64,000 bases of DNA, from positions 62,001 through 126,000 of the forward strand of contig NW_026515674.1 in NCBI RefSeq assembly GCF_025526975.1. The letters are read 5' to 3'. A model generated the notes under the pieces. The model saw nothing but the letters and a program-made list of their open reading frames with translations, did no database searches and had not been told where the DNA came from. Of the stretch, positions 32,490 through 45,435 are shown one piece after another (the stretch's first letter is position 1; each line of letters begins with the position of its first letter). The position numbers were made by a program, and so were the translations under genes. Source of the stretch: Fimicolochytrium jonesii. Its lineage: Eukaryota.

Positions 32490-33184
32490 CTTGAGAGAAT
32501 TGTTGTTTGGCGAAAGGAGTACATACGTGGTGTGGGCTTCGAAGCTTTCCGAGTTTGTCGTTGTCCGAACTTCGAAAGCTAACGCGTGATTCCATAAACA
32601 CATTCGCCACGGACTCATTGTACTGTACGGAAACCACCGACGAGCCCATACCCCACACAGTACACATACTGTACAATCATGACGTACATATAAGTGAAGT
32701 ACTTGCGGGCTATTGTGTCTATCCTATTGTATGTACGTGTGTGATAGATCTGTCGTACCCTAAAACTTGGGCAGCACGGGGTTGCTTTTGGCTTGACGAG
32801 CGTGTTAGATGACTCTGCGACTTGCAACTTGTTGACGGTATAGTGCAAGGAGAGTGCGGTGGACTTGCGGCACTAATCATGCAAGATCAAAGAGAAGTCG
32901 TCCATTATTGTCGTAGAGGTCATGTAGGAAATATGAGGTAGGGCTGGGAAAAGTCACCCGTACGAACGCGTGAAATCTCAAAAACGCGCGAACGTCTGAC
33001 AAGTAAAGATGCTTGCTCTCCAGGAGTGAAGTGGCACCCATTTCTACAGATATAGGTATAAACACGATACAGGAAACCAGTGTCAGGACTGTCCAAAAAG
33101 CAGGAAGTATGGATAAAGCACAATCGATCGACTCCGATGCGCGCCATGTCCTCTCCCCGCCGCCTCCTCCGTCACCTCTCACAT

Positions 33185-36100
33185 CTACCTCCCTTGCCTC
33201 CCCGCAACACTCTCCCCCTCCCGGACCACAACCACCCACTCCGTACTCCCCTCCACCCTAGTCATGTCATAAAACTCCTTCAGCTGCACAATCGCGCGCT
33301 CCTCCGCCTGGATGCGCTCCAGCGGTTTCTTCAATTTTCGAGTCAGCGCTTGCGCGGCTTGCAGCTGTTCGGCTTGGATGGAGGCAAAGGAGGAGAGCCG
33401 TGATTGGTTCGCGGCGGAGGTGCTGGCTTCGTGCTGCATGATTTCGCGGAGGGAGAGGGGGGTCTCGGGTTTGGTTGGTTGGGTACAAGCCGGTTTGTTG
33501 GGGGAGGGGCTTGGACCTGCGGTTGGGGTGAGCGGGTGGTGTTGTATACGCGGCGCGGAACTGCTCCCACCCCGACTAATGGGGGGCGGCGGGTGTTTGG
33601 ATGGCGAACCGGCCGATTGCGGTGTCGCCCATGCCGAGAGCTGGGGCGGCGGCGGAGGGGTTCCCGGGTGGTTATTGCTTCCCGATGCTCTGGCGGCCGC
33701 TGCGGATCTCCTCCGTTCTTTTTGGGACATTTTGGTTGGAGATGGCATTTGGCTGATGGAAAGACCTGCGAGGGAGACTGACAGGGAGAGCGCGGGGGGT
33801 CCGTCTTGGGACGAGGAAGTGGCGGGGAATAAAGGGGATCGGGGCGGGAGTTGCGATGCTCTGTTCAACGGCGGGTTGTTGTTTACCGCCAAATGCGTGG
33901 TCGATGCAGCCGCACCTGGTGTCAACGCCGTCGAAATGGCGGATACGCGTCGCGCTGAGAAAGGTCCTGACTCGCCTCCTTTCCTCTCCCCAAATGTCGA
34001 GTTTGTCCCGGCAGAACGAGATCCAACGGGGCCGTTCACAGTAGGAGTTCCCTTGCTGCTGCCAGCCTCCTTCATAATAATATCCTTCAACGACACCTTC
34101 TCGGCAGTCCGCGGCGTCGCCACTGGTGCCCATGACTTGACTGAAGACCGCTTATCTCCCGCTCCCACACCGAAGGGTGTACCAGCCGTTCGAGGCTTTC
34201 CCGAATCACCCGGCGCGAAAAAGGGTGAACCCTTGTTCTGCGACTGCGGGCTCCCACCAAGCCCTCCCGCAGGTGTAGGCGACGCAAACCCCCCGCCAAC
34301 AGCATGCAAACCATTCAAATCCACCTTCTTCCACGTCTTCTTCCCCTTCTTCGTCGGTGTCTGCGGTTTTGCATTCAGCGCCGGGTTACTCACCCGCCCT
34401 TTCCGCGCCGAGCTCGACGCGTCCGCCGCACCCTCCAACTCCATATCGAAGACATCCTCGTCCCCATCCTCCGGCCCATCCCCCTCCGCCCCACTACTAT
34501 CATACCTCCCCTTCCGTTCCGGCACATCCGACTCGCCCGAACTCCCCCCCTGTTCCTCCTTCGCCGCTACCTCCATTCGCCGTTCATACTCCTCCCTACG
34601 TCGATTCTTGCGATCCTCCTCCTCTTGCAACGCGACGGATTTGGCGCGGAGGTACGGGCTATCGGGGCCGCGCATGAAGGGGAATTTACGACGTTGCAGT
34701 TCGTGCAGGCGGGATTGGATGTCGTCCAGGAGGTCTTCTTCGATGTCGGAGAGGAGGCGGGATTCGATGGCTGTGCCGAGGTTCCAGCAGACTGAAAAGT
34801 CGTAAAACAATCTTAGCATACCTTCGAAGTATCCGCACGATGGAGAATTGTAAGCCTTACCGAAATCCAAACACCGATCCTTCAACTCCGCACAGCCATA
34901 CATATCCGCCACCTTCAAATACCGCACCATAGTCGTCACACTCAAATCCCGCAGTATAATAACCTCACACCCCCTCTTCAGCCCATCCAGCATAAGCTCA
35001 TCCGCACACGCCAAAACCTCCATCACAAACGTGATAAACGCCGCCACGCCCGGTTTCTCAATCCCAACAAACACTTTATCCGCCGCGCGTCCGTAGATGT
35101 AATCCAGCGCAACCTGCAGTACTTCAACCCGAAAGTGGGACAGGGAGACGACGCGCTTGTTGTCCTCGTGGACAGCGGCCCATTGGCCGTTGACCATGGC
35201 TTTGAAGAAGGCGCAGCGGGCGGCGAGGATGACGCTGTGGGCGTGGATGGAGCCGTCGGAGGCGCGGAGGGTGATGTCCGTGAAAGGGGCGAATTTGTCG
35301 TGGAGGTGCGTGTAGATGGAATAGATGTGCTCGAAGTACTGTGGCCCGTCTATGGGTGCTATGTAGCTGGTGGGCGAGTCTCCTAGGTCCCACATCTTGA
35401 TGAGGGCGTTGAACTCTCGGTGGAGGATCGCTGGGGTGATCTCCGCGTCATCGCTTGGTTTGTCATAGTGATGCGCCTTGTTTTTGCCCTTCGAACCTGC
35501 CGTGACACTCCCACGCCGTTTCGACTTTGATCCCGATTTGAGAAAGATGGAATGATCCCAGTCTCGTTGAAACCCGCCCGTATAGATGTAATCCAAAGCT
35601 AAAGAGACAGATTTCGAGTGCAGGTCGGGACAGCTGATCTCGTAAACGTCGCACAACGCGCCATTCATGTCCTCGGATGTGATACGGCGGGCTGTGAGGC
35701 CCTGCACCACTCTAACTGGCGAGTCCCTCGAGAGCGCCATTTCTCGGAACAGATGCAGGAAGAAGGGCGACCGGCACCCCAATATCACTCGATGGGCTCG
35801 TTTCCGAACCCCATCTCTGCAGATGAATACGACGTCAGGATTGGGGAATTCCTCCTCATTGTCCGCTTTCGCAAGGGCATCGCGAAGATCTTCTCGGAGA
35901 GTACTGGTGGGCACAGCAATGATCGGCGGACGCCTGTCAACCCGAATCGCGGCAAAGGCGCCCGAAACGCTTGCCGCGACTTGCTCAACGTGCTGCAAGC
36001 CAGGGATCCGATGGTACTTGTAATACACAGCCTCCTTCGCGTCATCGTTGATGGCCGCCTTAACCTTCAGATTCTTTCGCCGTGTCCCGATGAAGACGTG

Positions 36101-37795
36101 CCCGCTGTCCGTGCGTATAATCAAGGTAGAATCGATACCGATGGCGACATCTCTTGCAGCGAAGTGCTTTTTTCGCACCGACCAAACCTTCCTGGGCCGC
36201 TTCTGTGGGAAGCTTTGCTGTTGCCATGTATCAGCAAACTCCGGTTCCGGAGGCGACCACAGAAACACGTCTCCCGAGGTTGTTAATGCCGCAAATTGAT
36301 GATTCCCGGACACAATCTTCTTCACGTATGGCGGCTTCTCGTTCCGGAACTGATGTATGGAGATTCCTTTGGCAGAAAGCTGCAGTCCGAAAGCTACGCG
36401 CTGGTACCGGAACTCTGCGAAAACAAAAACTTCGTACGTCGCCGTCAGTACGGCGGTGGCGTTTTTGGTCGCCGATATCTGTAGTAGATCTTGCTGCGGG
36501 AAATCTGTAATCTTTTTCGGGTGGGCGTGCACCGTATTTAACGGCTGGTTATATCCCAACTAGAGACGAAGAAGCTTCCGTCAGCCAATTTCTCAGTGGT
36601 CTGCTGCAGCAAAGGAATGAACCCCCACCTGTCCCACGCTCAAGCCCCATGTGAAAATCGCTCCTGTGTCGGAAAATACAGCCGTATGATGCCGAGATGC
36701 TGCTGCCCCGATGATGCGAATCTTCTTTATGACTCCTCCGACTTCCCTGGGTTCAAGCTCGCACGATGGCTCGGTACCATTCAGCTCGGTAAGATAGCCT
36801 GTGAGACTGGTCAGTGCCGATCTTGGAAAAGTTTATTTGAATTGTGAGACCAACGTACCGAGTTGCCCCAATTTGTTGCTTCCCCAGGTCCAAACCTCCC
36901 CAATGGTGGTCACAGCCACACTGTGCTCAGGACCCAGAGTCAAAAGACTGATCTCTCCCTTGATACCGCATACGAGCGTGGGAAGAAGGGTCGTCTCCTC
37001 GTTTCCCAATCCGAGTCTACCTCCAGCACCAAATCCGTGCATGAACAAGCCGCTGCTTGTAAGAACTCCGCCGTGGTATTTCGATAATGTCAAAGAATGG
37101 GTAAGTGGATCATGGGTGTCAAATGTTAGAGCCGTGACATTGGGACGCTTCCGTTTATAGGTCGTTGTGATGCCAACCCGTTCTGGAAAAGCCCGATCGT
37201 CTGAGTTTGCCTGGCCCAGCACATAGTTTGTGTTCGCACCCCAGGTCCAAAGAGACGTAGAAGGAGTCACAGCGTCAGCCGTTCTCTCGTGTCTAGACGG
37301 AACGTCCTCTTCATCTTCATCGCTCGAGTCAGATTGTATGAGTTCAGACTTTGGTCGCGTGATCTCCATGGTCGATGCAAGCAAGTCCAGACAGGTATTT
37401 CCCTCCCGATCGGTAAGCATGAGGTCACAGTCGGACCTCGTTTGCAGTAGCAGCAGCGCCATCCAGATGTTACCATCGTACAAGGCTCTGTGGAGTGGAG
37501 TATATCCACTTTCAACATCTTGCAGGTTCACATTGACCTTGGCGCTTTCGAGTAGGGTCTCCACCACCTCATAGTTGCCAAGAGACGTCGCGACGTGAAG
37601 AGCGGTGTTTCCGTCCGTATCCCGCTTATTCACATCCGCCCCTCCTTTGCCTTTGAACCCTGACTGTTTCCCAAAACTGCCGCTTCCGGGGCCAAGAGTG
37701 TAGTGGTGCGGAGATCCTCCTGTCGTTGATGGGTCTGCCAACAGTAGCAGCGAGCGCAACGTGCTCACGTCCCGGTTACGGACTGCGGCGAACAT
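33185..37795 (-). CDS. Ankyrin + RCC1-repeat + tandem BTB protein (IBTK / S. pombe Btb1-like CUL3 adaptor); introns 36858-36799, 36628-36560, 34860-34792
   Basis: GNTALHVA and ESGYTPLHRALYDGN ankyrins; LWTWGANTNYVLG, GFGAGGRLGLG and WTWGSNKLGQLG RCC1 repeats; two BTB motifs (AHRVILGCRSPFF, AHSVILAARCAFF); C-terminal LERIQAEERAI...FY. Confidence 0.9.
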
Positions 37796-39345
37796 ATTGA
37801 TAGGTAGTTGTAGGACTGGGAGGGGAAGCCTGCAGGCCGGGAGATCGTTATAAGATCACGGCAGGCGGCAAGGCAAACAGGACACCAGCAAAATGTGACG
37901 CACGTACCTTGATGCTTGAGGGGAGTTTACTGCCAGCGCCGCTCAATTGCGAGACAGGCAGTTCAAAGAGCGATAAAAGGGAACTAGGAATAGCGGTTTT
38001 CAGGGAACAAAGAACATGCCGGTGAATGCAAGTGGGGCTTTTCCGCACTGGTGGTTGTGAACGACAGTTGGACGTTGGAGATGAAAGCTGGTTGAGGGTG
38101 GGGTTGTCATACGGACTTGGAGAGCGGGGGGCTGCAGAGAGCAATAGTATTTGTCCAGCGCATGTGGATATTGGCCGTGGGAAGATTCGAAGGATGGTTG
38201 AGTTTCATAGGGTGGGGTAAGAAGCCGAAGTGGGGGAAGGGGTTCCTTCGTGACGTCTTTCAACCCCCTGCGCTTGTTGGGCCTATCATCACCCACGTCT
38301 CGTTCCACGTGCTACAACTCGGCCCTCGCTGGGCGATCTCGTTCTCCCATACAGCAGCAGGTACAGTATCTCACGCCGTCGTGTTCCACTTCGTCTTCCC
38401 TGGGACCCCAGGTTCTCAAGCTTTTCTTTGTGTGAATATGTCGGCATCACCCATCTGAACGGTTTAAGGCGTGAAACCGATGCTGAAGAGATCTTAATTT
38501 TCCTGGGAGTCTATGATATATAAGCTGAGAAGGACTGAAGACCTTCGGCTGAGACCACAGTATCCTTCGAAACACCGACGTTGGAGCTAGGCGGTCGTTC
38601 TTCTGAACGCTGCACATCGTCGAAGGCAAGGACATGCGTTCGGGACAACGATCATGAGGTTGTCAGCATAACAGGCTGTGCTGGAGTCCCCCTTCGGAGT
38701 CTGGATCGAGCGGCTCGAGTTCGAAAACTGGGTGCGGGTTCAGTTCCTCGGTAGCGGTTCAGTTCTGGAGTACGAGGAGGCGGATCACATCAGAAACAAA
38801 CAGACAAGATGGAAACTGTTGAACTACATGAGCGTACGCAGCCGGGGTCATACCGAGCATTCCTCCCGAAAATTATTATCTAGGAACTGGACTCTGTGCC
38901 CGAGCTTCAGGAAGGAAGGCGCGTACTGACTCGCACAGATGGCTTAGCATGTAGAGCACCAGATGGATGCGGATGGAGCGAATGTTTGCTGCTATAACGC
39001 AACTCTGGCTAGATGGCGCGGTCAATCCTTGAGCTTCACGATTGCAGGGGAGCAAGATGCCTCTCGTTCTCAAAGGGAACGCCGCTGGATAACGGAAAGT
39101 TGTGCACCACAACAACGCTCTCAGGCGTGCTACTCCTAAGAGTCGATTCGGAGGGCCACATTCATGATTCAAAGCCATCTCTCTTTCCGTTGACCAGAAA
39201 TGGGGCCTAAACCTCCGGTGTGGTCAATGCGAAGGTGTGAGGAATAAGCCCGACATGTGTCGTCCATCGGCACAATTCGTTTGTTGGCGCGACTTGACCA
39301 GTTACGTATTGTTGTTATCTTTTCAAAAAGGCCTAGAATTCAACA

Positions 39346-39417
39346 GGTCCATTAGTGTAGCGGTTATCACCCTGGTCTTTGAATCCAGAAACCTGAGTTC
39401 GAATCTCAGATGGACCT
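39346..39417 (+). tRNA. tRNA-Gln, anticodon TTG (39379-39381), intronless
   Basis: Acceptor GGTCCAT/ATGGACC plus discriminator T, A-box TAGTGTAGCGG, anticodon arm CTGGT-CTTTGAA-TCCAG, T arm CTGAG-TTCGAAT-CTCAG, T5 tract about 23 nt downstream. Confidence 0.95.
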
Positions 39418-42048
39418 ACAAATAAATGTTTCAGCCGCATTTTTGGAGGATTCACTGTCGTTGTATTTTTGTCGCTGAATTTTTTAGGCGCATGTCTGTT
39501 TGTACCTTCAAATCGCGCCAACAAACCTTTTTTTCTGAGCAAATCCCCGTTTAGCATCTACGTCAGGGTTGTAAGCAGATGGATTGTAGCTGATCGGAAG
39601 TCGGACCTGCACTCCGCCGGCTCGCCGTGGCTTCCGGTGGTTCCATAACCGCGCGGCTTTCATGCCGGTGTCGTAAAAAATGGCGATGGCCCACGGGAGG
39701 TGCGTTGTTGCCGGATGATATCGTAAAAGCCTCGCTTCATCAATACATCAATACTACTGTACCTGTAAGCCTCCATTACGGTACTTTCTGCTTATGCAGC
39801 ATGTAATCGCATGGCTCCAGACTGAGTATCTATGTCCCCCACATGGAAACTGCGCAAACTTGACAACTCAAGCGTGGACGCAAAGTTTCAGATACGGAGA
39901 AAAGTCGGCATGAGTTTTTCTCGATTTCAAACCCCGACACCCGGGACTGTTCGTCATCCTAGCCTCATCGACGTGGTTTTGTGCGGGGCTGGCCTTTCGG
40001 AAACCACACCCCACCGCACTGCACAAACATGTGAAGTTGAACGGCATGCACATGGTGAGATATCTGCAAAGGGAGGTGGGTAAGCATCGGACAAGATTAG
40101 ATAGGCATGACGCTGTAACGTCGTGGTGATAGACAGAGGTGGATGGCGCCCTGGGCGAGCTTTTTGGCAACGTGTCAAGGATGTTTTCCTCGAAACCAAT
40201 TTACGTCCCTGGGTCTGGATTCTGGTCATGGATCTACGATGCATGAGATTGATTCAAGGTTGCGTTGACAGGGGCGGCCGCCGGCGCGCGGAGCCTCTGC
40301 AAACATTTTGTACTGCAAATGTCATGGGGCAGCTATGGGCTATGGCAAAGCATATCGCATCGCGGCAACTTGGCGAAAGAAGGGCATCGCGACCGGATAT
40401 CTTGCCGCCATTTCAAGGGCTTCGTTGCAGTTTCCACGTTTACAACGGTCTGCCATGTGAAGCCTGCAACCGCATGGTGGGATACTTGGCCTGGTCGTCG
40501 ATACATGCTCCCGCTCGGCAACTCACCTTTTTCGCACGTTTTCTGATATGCGATCCCCGCTTGCCACGTATCATATCGCGTTTGCCGCTCGAGATGGCGA
40601 CATGAAAGGGTGTCTTGCGTATCTTTATACCCACCGCCAAAATCTTGCCGGACAGCGGCGGGTTGCCGCTGGCGTCGGAGTTAGTTTTAGCGCTCTGACT
40701 AGGGAGTGGACTCCGAGTGGAGAGTCCAGCCAAAGATCAATGATTGGCTTCGCCCAGCCCCTGTCCCTTCATGTCGATTCGGATGAGAACTTAAAGGGAG
40801 AGAATCAATACAGGCTCAAAAGCTCCGATGAAGGGCGAATCTTTGAAGCGATTGTGCGATAGATGCATGCAGTGCTGGCGAGATGGCTTGAGCGCCAAGG
40901 GTTCAAAAGGGGCTAGGCGATCCGATTTCGAAGGAAAAAGAAGGAGGTTGGCGGGTTTTATGAATGCTGTCAGCAGCGCCTTTGGTTACACTCACGGCGC
41001 GTCTGCCAGAGCGTTGTGCCAATGGCGAGATATCTGTTTTGCCCGCCTCCGCCGGATCGACGCGAAGGGGGGTCCGTGACTTGTAGGGTTCCGTATGGTG
41101 GCGAGTGGGAAACGCGAAAGAGTGGTCGAACGCGCGCGAGAAGCTTCCTCTTTGTGTGAATCATGCAGGGCTTAGCATGTAACTACCGTCATCGCGCGCG
41201 AAGGGAGTGCGATGCGACAGACCCAAGGGAGGACAGATGTCGGATATCTACGTATTTTTCCTTTTCCACGAGGCGACGATGTCCGTCCCCTGGCTGGGAC
41301 TTGGGACAGGAATGACTGCAAGATGACTTTTGCATGCGATTCTTGCGAACAAGAACGCGTGCAGATCTGTTCCTCGCCTTCGTGAGACGGTGTGCGGGGA
41401 CAAAGGCGACATGGGGTCTCGCAGATAATCTGATTGGCGGGCGATGGGATGTTGATAAAGAGTTTCCTTGGACTTGCCGGCGGCCGGCCCACGCCGATGA
41501 AAGCAAAGAGGCCGCGGGGAAGTCCGCCATATCTTTCATATCTCTCTCTGATCGTCGTCCTTATGCCAGATCCATACCCTTCGAGCACGAACTACGACGA
41601 TATGATGATGCGTTTGCTGCTGCGATTTTTGACGCGGGTGTTCTCTCATCCTTCTCACAGCGAGCGCGCAGACAACGCTGGATTCATGAGGGGGGAAAGT
41701 AAGAGGAATAGCACGCCAAGTTTCTTCCCCCAGCGCGCAGAGCCTCAGAGCCTCCCTCTCAAGGTTTAAATGCCAGGCAGCCGTCCGCCGTTCACGCAGC
41801 AAAATACAGGAGAAAAGCCATACGCAGCTCCAAGTTCAGGCAGAAGCCCGTCTCCCATACCCTTCAAGGCTTCTCTCTCCGTCCAGCGTACTTAAGCAAT
41901 CGAGGCGTCGTCGTACCCCTTTCAGAAGCATCCACCGCGTGCTGACCTGATTCATCTGAACCCGAGACCCGGCCTTTCAAACCGCACTTTGACCGACTAC
42001 GCCATACAAGCAAACCGAGCGTCCATATAAATACCTACGCTCGGACGA

Positions 42049-43725
42049 ATGTGGACGCTAGGTTTCTCCAAGCAGTCCGAATTGAACACCAAACCATCGC
42101 TCATACGCCGACTGACACTCGACAAAGGAAAGCCACGCACTCCAACCACTACCACCTCCGAGCGTCGTGCCAGCCTGTCTTCCGTCACTTCCCAACTTCG
42201 TCCGGTGCACATGTCGCCTTCGAAGCTCGCGACGACGTGTTCTGCCAGGCAGTTGAACTCTGCCTGGCCCGTGAAGGCACCACCAACAACACCACCCAGC
42301 CACAATTTGAAGATCGACTACGCCAGCTTGCCGCCCCGAACGTCCTCAGCAACCGGCTCCGTGCAGGTCACTGCCTCGGATGATCATGAAGCGCGATTAT
42401 CCGACGTCAAACCTCTCTCGGTGTCCCCGAACAACGGTCACACCTCTTCGCCATCCCGACGTGGAAGGTCAATCAGAGACACAAAGGCCAAGACGGCAGC
42501 GAAACGGCGAAGCAGGAGCTTGACGACATCCACGGCCAACTGGAAGATAGACTCGATTGCGGAGGTGGTCGAGGAACCTACCAAACCTGTGGAGGTCATG
42601 CGTCGAAGCAGAAGCCATAGTCCCGTCCGGATAGACGAGAAGCAGCACTTTGGAGCCAAGACGGTGGCGAAGAAGAGGGAGAGTCGATTTGTGTCGAAAC
42701 GGGCATCGGCAGGGCCGGTGCTGGTCTGTGCAGCGAACCTGAGCAGTCGCAACTTCCGGTCGCGCGTGCATCCGTCCTCAGCGCTAAGCATTCAGGGGCG
42801 GACATCATCGCTTGTGGATGATCTTCTTGCCGAGGACCAAAGGGAAGAGGAACTTGTGCGACGAGAAACTCCTTCTCCCATCCCGTCTGTCGACGATTCC
42901 GTCCGGCTACGACAGTCGCTCGAACAGCAAATATACCTATCCGCCTACGCGAAACTGCAAGATACCAAACGGTCGCCATCGTCTCGGATGGCCCTCGCCA
43001 ACCTGATGTTGTACATCCAAAGTATTCAACCTGGTGTCGAACTACTGGAAATACCATCCGACGGGTCCACATCAGCAACATGGGCGCAAGCAGCGAACTA
43101 CACCACATCAGCGCCATGGACCAACAAAGAAGACGGGGACATTGCCATGATCCAAGCACCACTCCCCAACCCAACGGCATTTGGCAAAAAGCCTACAAGC
43201 CAATTCGTCCGAGCACGAAGAAGCAACCGCAAACGTCTCGCAAAGCTAGCAGCCGGCATATCTCTCTCCCCAGGAGCGTCACCACTCCGCTACGAGCTCG
43301 GCGACGAGTCCAACGTGTCTACGCTCCTACGGCCATCCCCGGAACCCCCACGGGCGCCAAGCCGGCTCAGCGCCTCCACGTCCCGCAGCTGCCTCATGAG
43401 CGAAGATGTGGGGGGCTTCCAGATCTACGAAGCATCCACGAACGCGAGCGAGTTCTCAGTGGCCACGTCCATCTCGGGGAAACAGAAGAAGAAGAAGACG
43501 GGGATCAAGAAGGTCCTGCACTTCTTCAAGAGCACATTCCTGATCGAAGACCCTGTGCAGCGCGCGAGACGGCGGGAAGCCGCGTTTTACAACCCTGGTG
43601 CTGCCAGGACGTCGATGCCGGAGATCGTCGTCGTGCCGCCTAAGAGCATCTCCAAGTACGATTTGTCGACGGGGACGGTGGATGTGGGGTTCCGGAAACG
43701 GAGTATGGGGCAGTTGCGGGCATGA
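42049..43725 (+). CDS. Ser/Arg-rich disordered protein with a divergent Zds_C-like motif (start codon uncertain)
   Basis: 558-codon open frame; RLRQSLEQQIYLSAYAKLQDTKRSPSSRMALANLMLYI resembles the Zds1 C-terminal motif (ERAIYRLSHLKL..PRRPL..QVLLSNFMY). Confidence 0.65.
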   Translation: MWTLGFSKQSELNTKPSLIRRLTLDKGKPRTPTTTTSERRASLSSVTSQLRPVHMSPSKLATTCSARQLNSAWPVKAPPTTPPSHNLKIDYASLPPRTSSATGSVQVTASDDHEARLSDVKPLSVSPNNGHTSSPSRRGRSIRDTKAKTAAKRRSRSLTTSTANWKIDSIAEVVEEPTKPVEVMRRSRSHSPVRIDEKQHFGAKTVAKKRESRFVSKRASAGPVLVCAANLSSRNFRSRVHPSSALSIQGRTSSLVDDLLAEDQREEELVRRETPSPIPSVDDSVRLRQSLEQQIYLSAYAKLQDTKRSPSSRMALANLMLYIQSIQPGVELLEIPSDGSTSATWAQAANYTTSAPWTNKEDGDIAMIQAPLPNPTAFGKKPTSQFVRARRSNRKRLAKLAAGISLSPGASPLRYELGDESNVSTLLRPSPEPPRAPSRLSASTSRSCLMSEDVGGFQIYEASTNASEFSVATSISGKQKKKKTGIKKVLHFFKSTFLIEDPVQRARRREAAFYNPGAARTSMPEIVVVPPKSISKYDLSTGTVDVGFRKRSMGQLRA

Positions 43726-44921
43726 GTTCCCCTCGCTTCGACTTCAACCGCCATACCCTCATGCGGAAGCGCTACCATATATACCACGGCCGAAGAACGC
43801 GCATACCCACCCCACCAAGCCGCCGAGAGGCATAAGCGCGCGTCAATCCCCGCTAATACCTCATGTACAAACCTCATACGCAAATCGAACCCAACCAACG
43901 GAAAATCCCACTCCCAAGAGCCTCATCGCCAACCCTCAAACCCACGATGAGGCATCCATACTCCGCACTTGACGTACGTTGGTCCGCCTGTCATCACCAC
44001 CCGACACGGCACCTTCTGTAAATGATTGTATGAAATTTGGACTTTCTCTTCGGTTGTTGTGAGTGGGCGAAAAGACTTTGGATTTATGTGTAGTGTTTTG
44101 GTTGGACTCTCGCTCGCTTTGTGTGGACGGTTGTATGTAGTTGGTTTCTTTCCCCCCACCTCCGTATTCGTCAATGTAAATATATGACCTTGTGTGCGTT
44201 TAATGATATAGTTTTTTATTTGGTAACTCGTACTTCGATATTCGACGGCCACCGCTTCATTGCATCGACTGTCACAAATACCTCCACAAACTTTACTACT
44301 GCCGACCTTCTCGTACTAGAACTCCAAGTACCATTTCTCGTCGGCGTCGATTTGACGGACCAACAGAATAATAGCGTAAACGGAGTACCATGGAAATCAA
44401 TTTACCACTCAAGAAGCTGGACCATATGCTTGTGTCTCTTCGATGTCCCGCTAACGGAGGACTGGAGCAGCGGAGTGGGTACTGGAATGTTGGCAGCTGT
44501 GGAAGTTCAGCTGTGACGAGCGTGCTGCATGAATGTCTTTAACGCACATAACCGTACACTACCGTACGCCGCGAAAAGGAGTGGCATCCACCTCTTCCAC
44601 ATCCACCTCTGGCTTTACGCAAGGTGTCGCATGTGCCTCATCCCAATGGGAAGCCATCCACGAAGACAGGACGATATGTGCTAACAAAGAGAACATTTGT
44701 AAGGGATATGGACGTTTCATTCGCATTATTGAAGAAGAAACTATGGATATATTTACAAAAGGTAGTGTACATTTCAAAATTGGGGGATTTGCATGGGAGG
44801 GGATATGCCAAGAACATTAACGCCAACATGGAATGGCGTTGCCAACAAAAGGTATGGGGTTGGTATCGGTCGAGCGGGCGGAATAGTGGGAAGATATGCT
44901 CGGGGGAACCGCGAAAGCATT

Positions 44922-45284
44922 CTATCGCTTCTTAGCGACGTTGTTGGCAGTCGCATGCGAAAAAGTTGCTGCTTTGTGTGCATTTCTCAAACGGGCAAGG
45001 TCGGCCTCGGCCTGAGCGGCGACCTTCTTCTCCTCGCCCTTGATGATGGTATTGGGATTGTGAGTCATACGACCAACGGCAGCCTGAACATCGAAGAGGG
45101 GAAACTGAGGTTAGCAAATTGCCATGTGAATTTTCGGGTGACAGCAGATAAAACACACCTGAATGCCCCCAGTCATCTTCTGCATGCCAGCGTGCAGATG
45201 GGAAGGGTTGTGCTGCACCTTGTGGGTGTGGTGCTCGACGTGGGTGGTGGTGTGGACGGTTTGGGTCTTTCCGGGAATCTTCAT
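44922..45284 (-). CDS. Small CsbD-like/hydrophilin stress protein (95 aa); exons 45284-45159 and 45083-44922
   Basis: The spliced product ...PSHLHAGMQKMTGGIQ|AAVGRMTHNPNTIIKGEEKKVAAQAEADLAR... has a phase-0 GT-AG intron with a GCTAAC branch point; upstream TATA box and CA-rich leader. Confidence 0.7.
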
Positions 45285-45428
45285 GGTTGTGATTGTTGAG
45301 TTGGTTGAGGTGCGGGGTTGTGTGATTGATGTGGGACGTCTGCGAAGTTGGGCAGATGAGTTGTTTTGTGTTGTTGGTTGGTTGCTGTTGCTGTTGATGA
45401 GGAGAGGAAGACGCTCGGCCCGTCCTCT

Positions 45429-45435
45429 TTTTATA
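45429..45435 (-). promoter_or_regulatory. TATA box of the CsbD-like gene
   Basis: TATAAAA on the minus strand about 145 bp upstream of ATG 45284. Confidence 0.55.
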
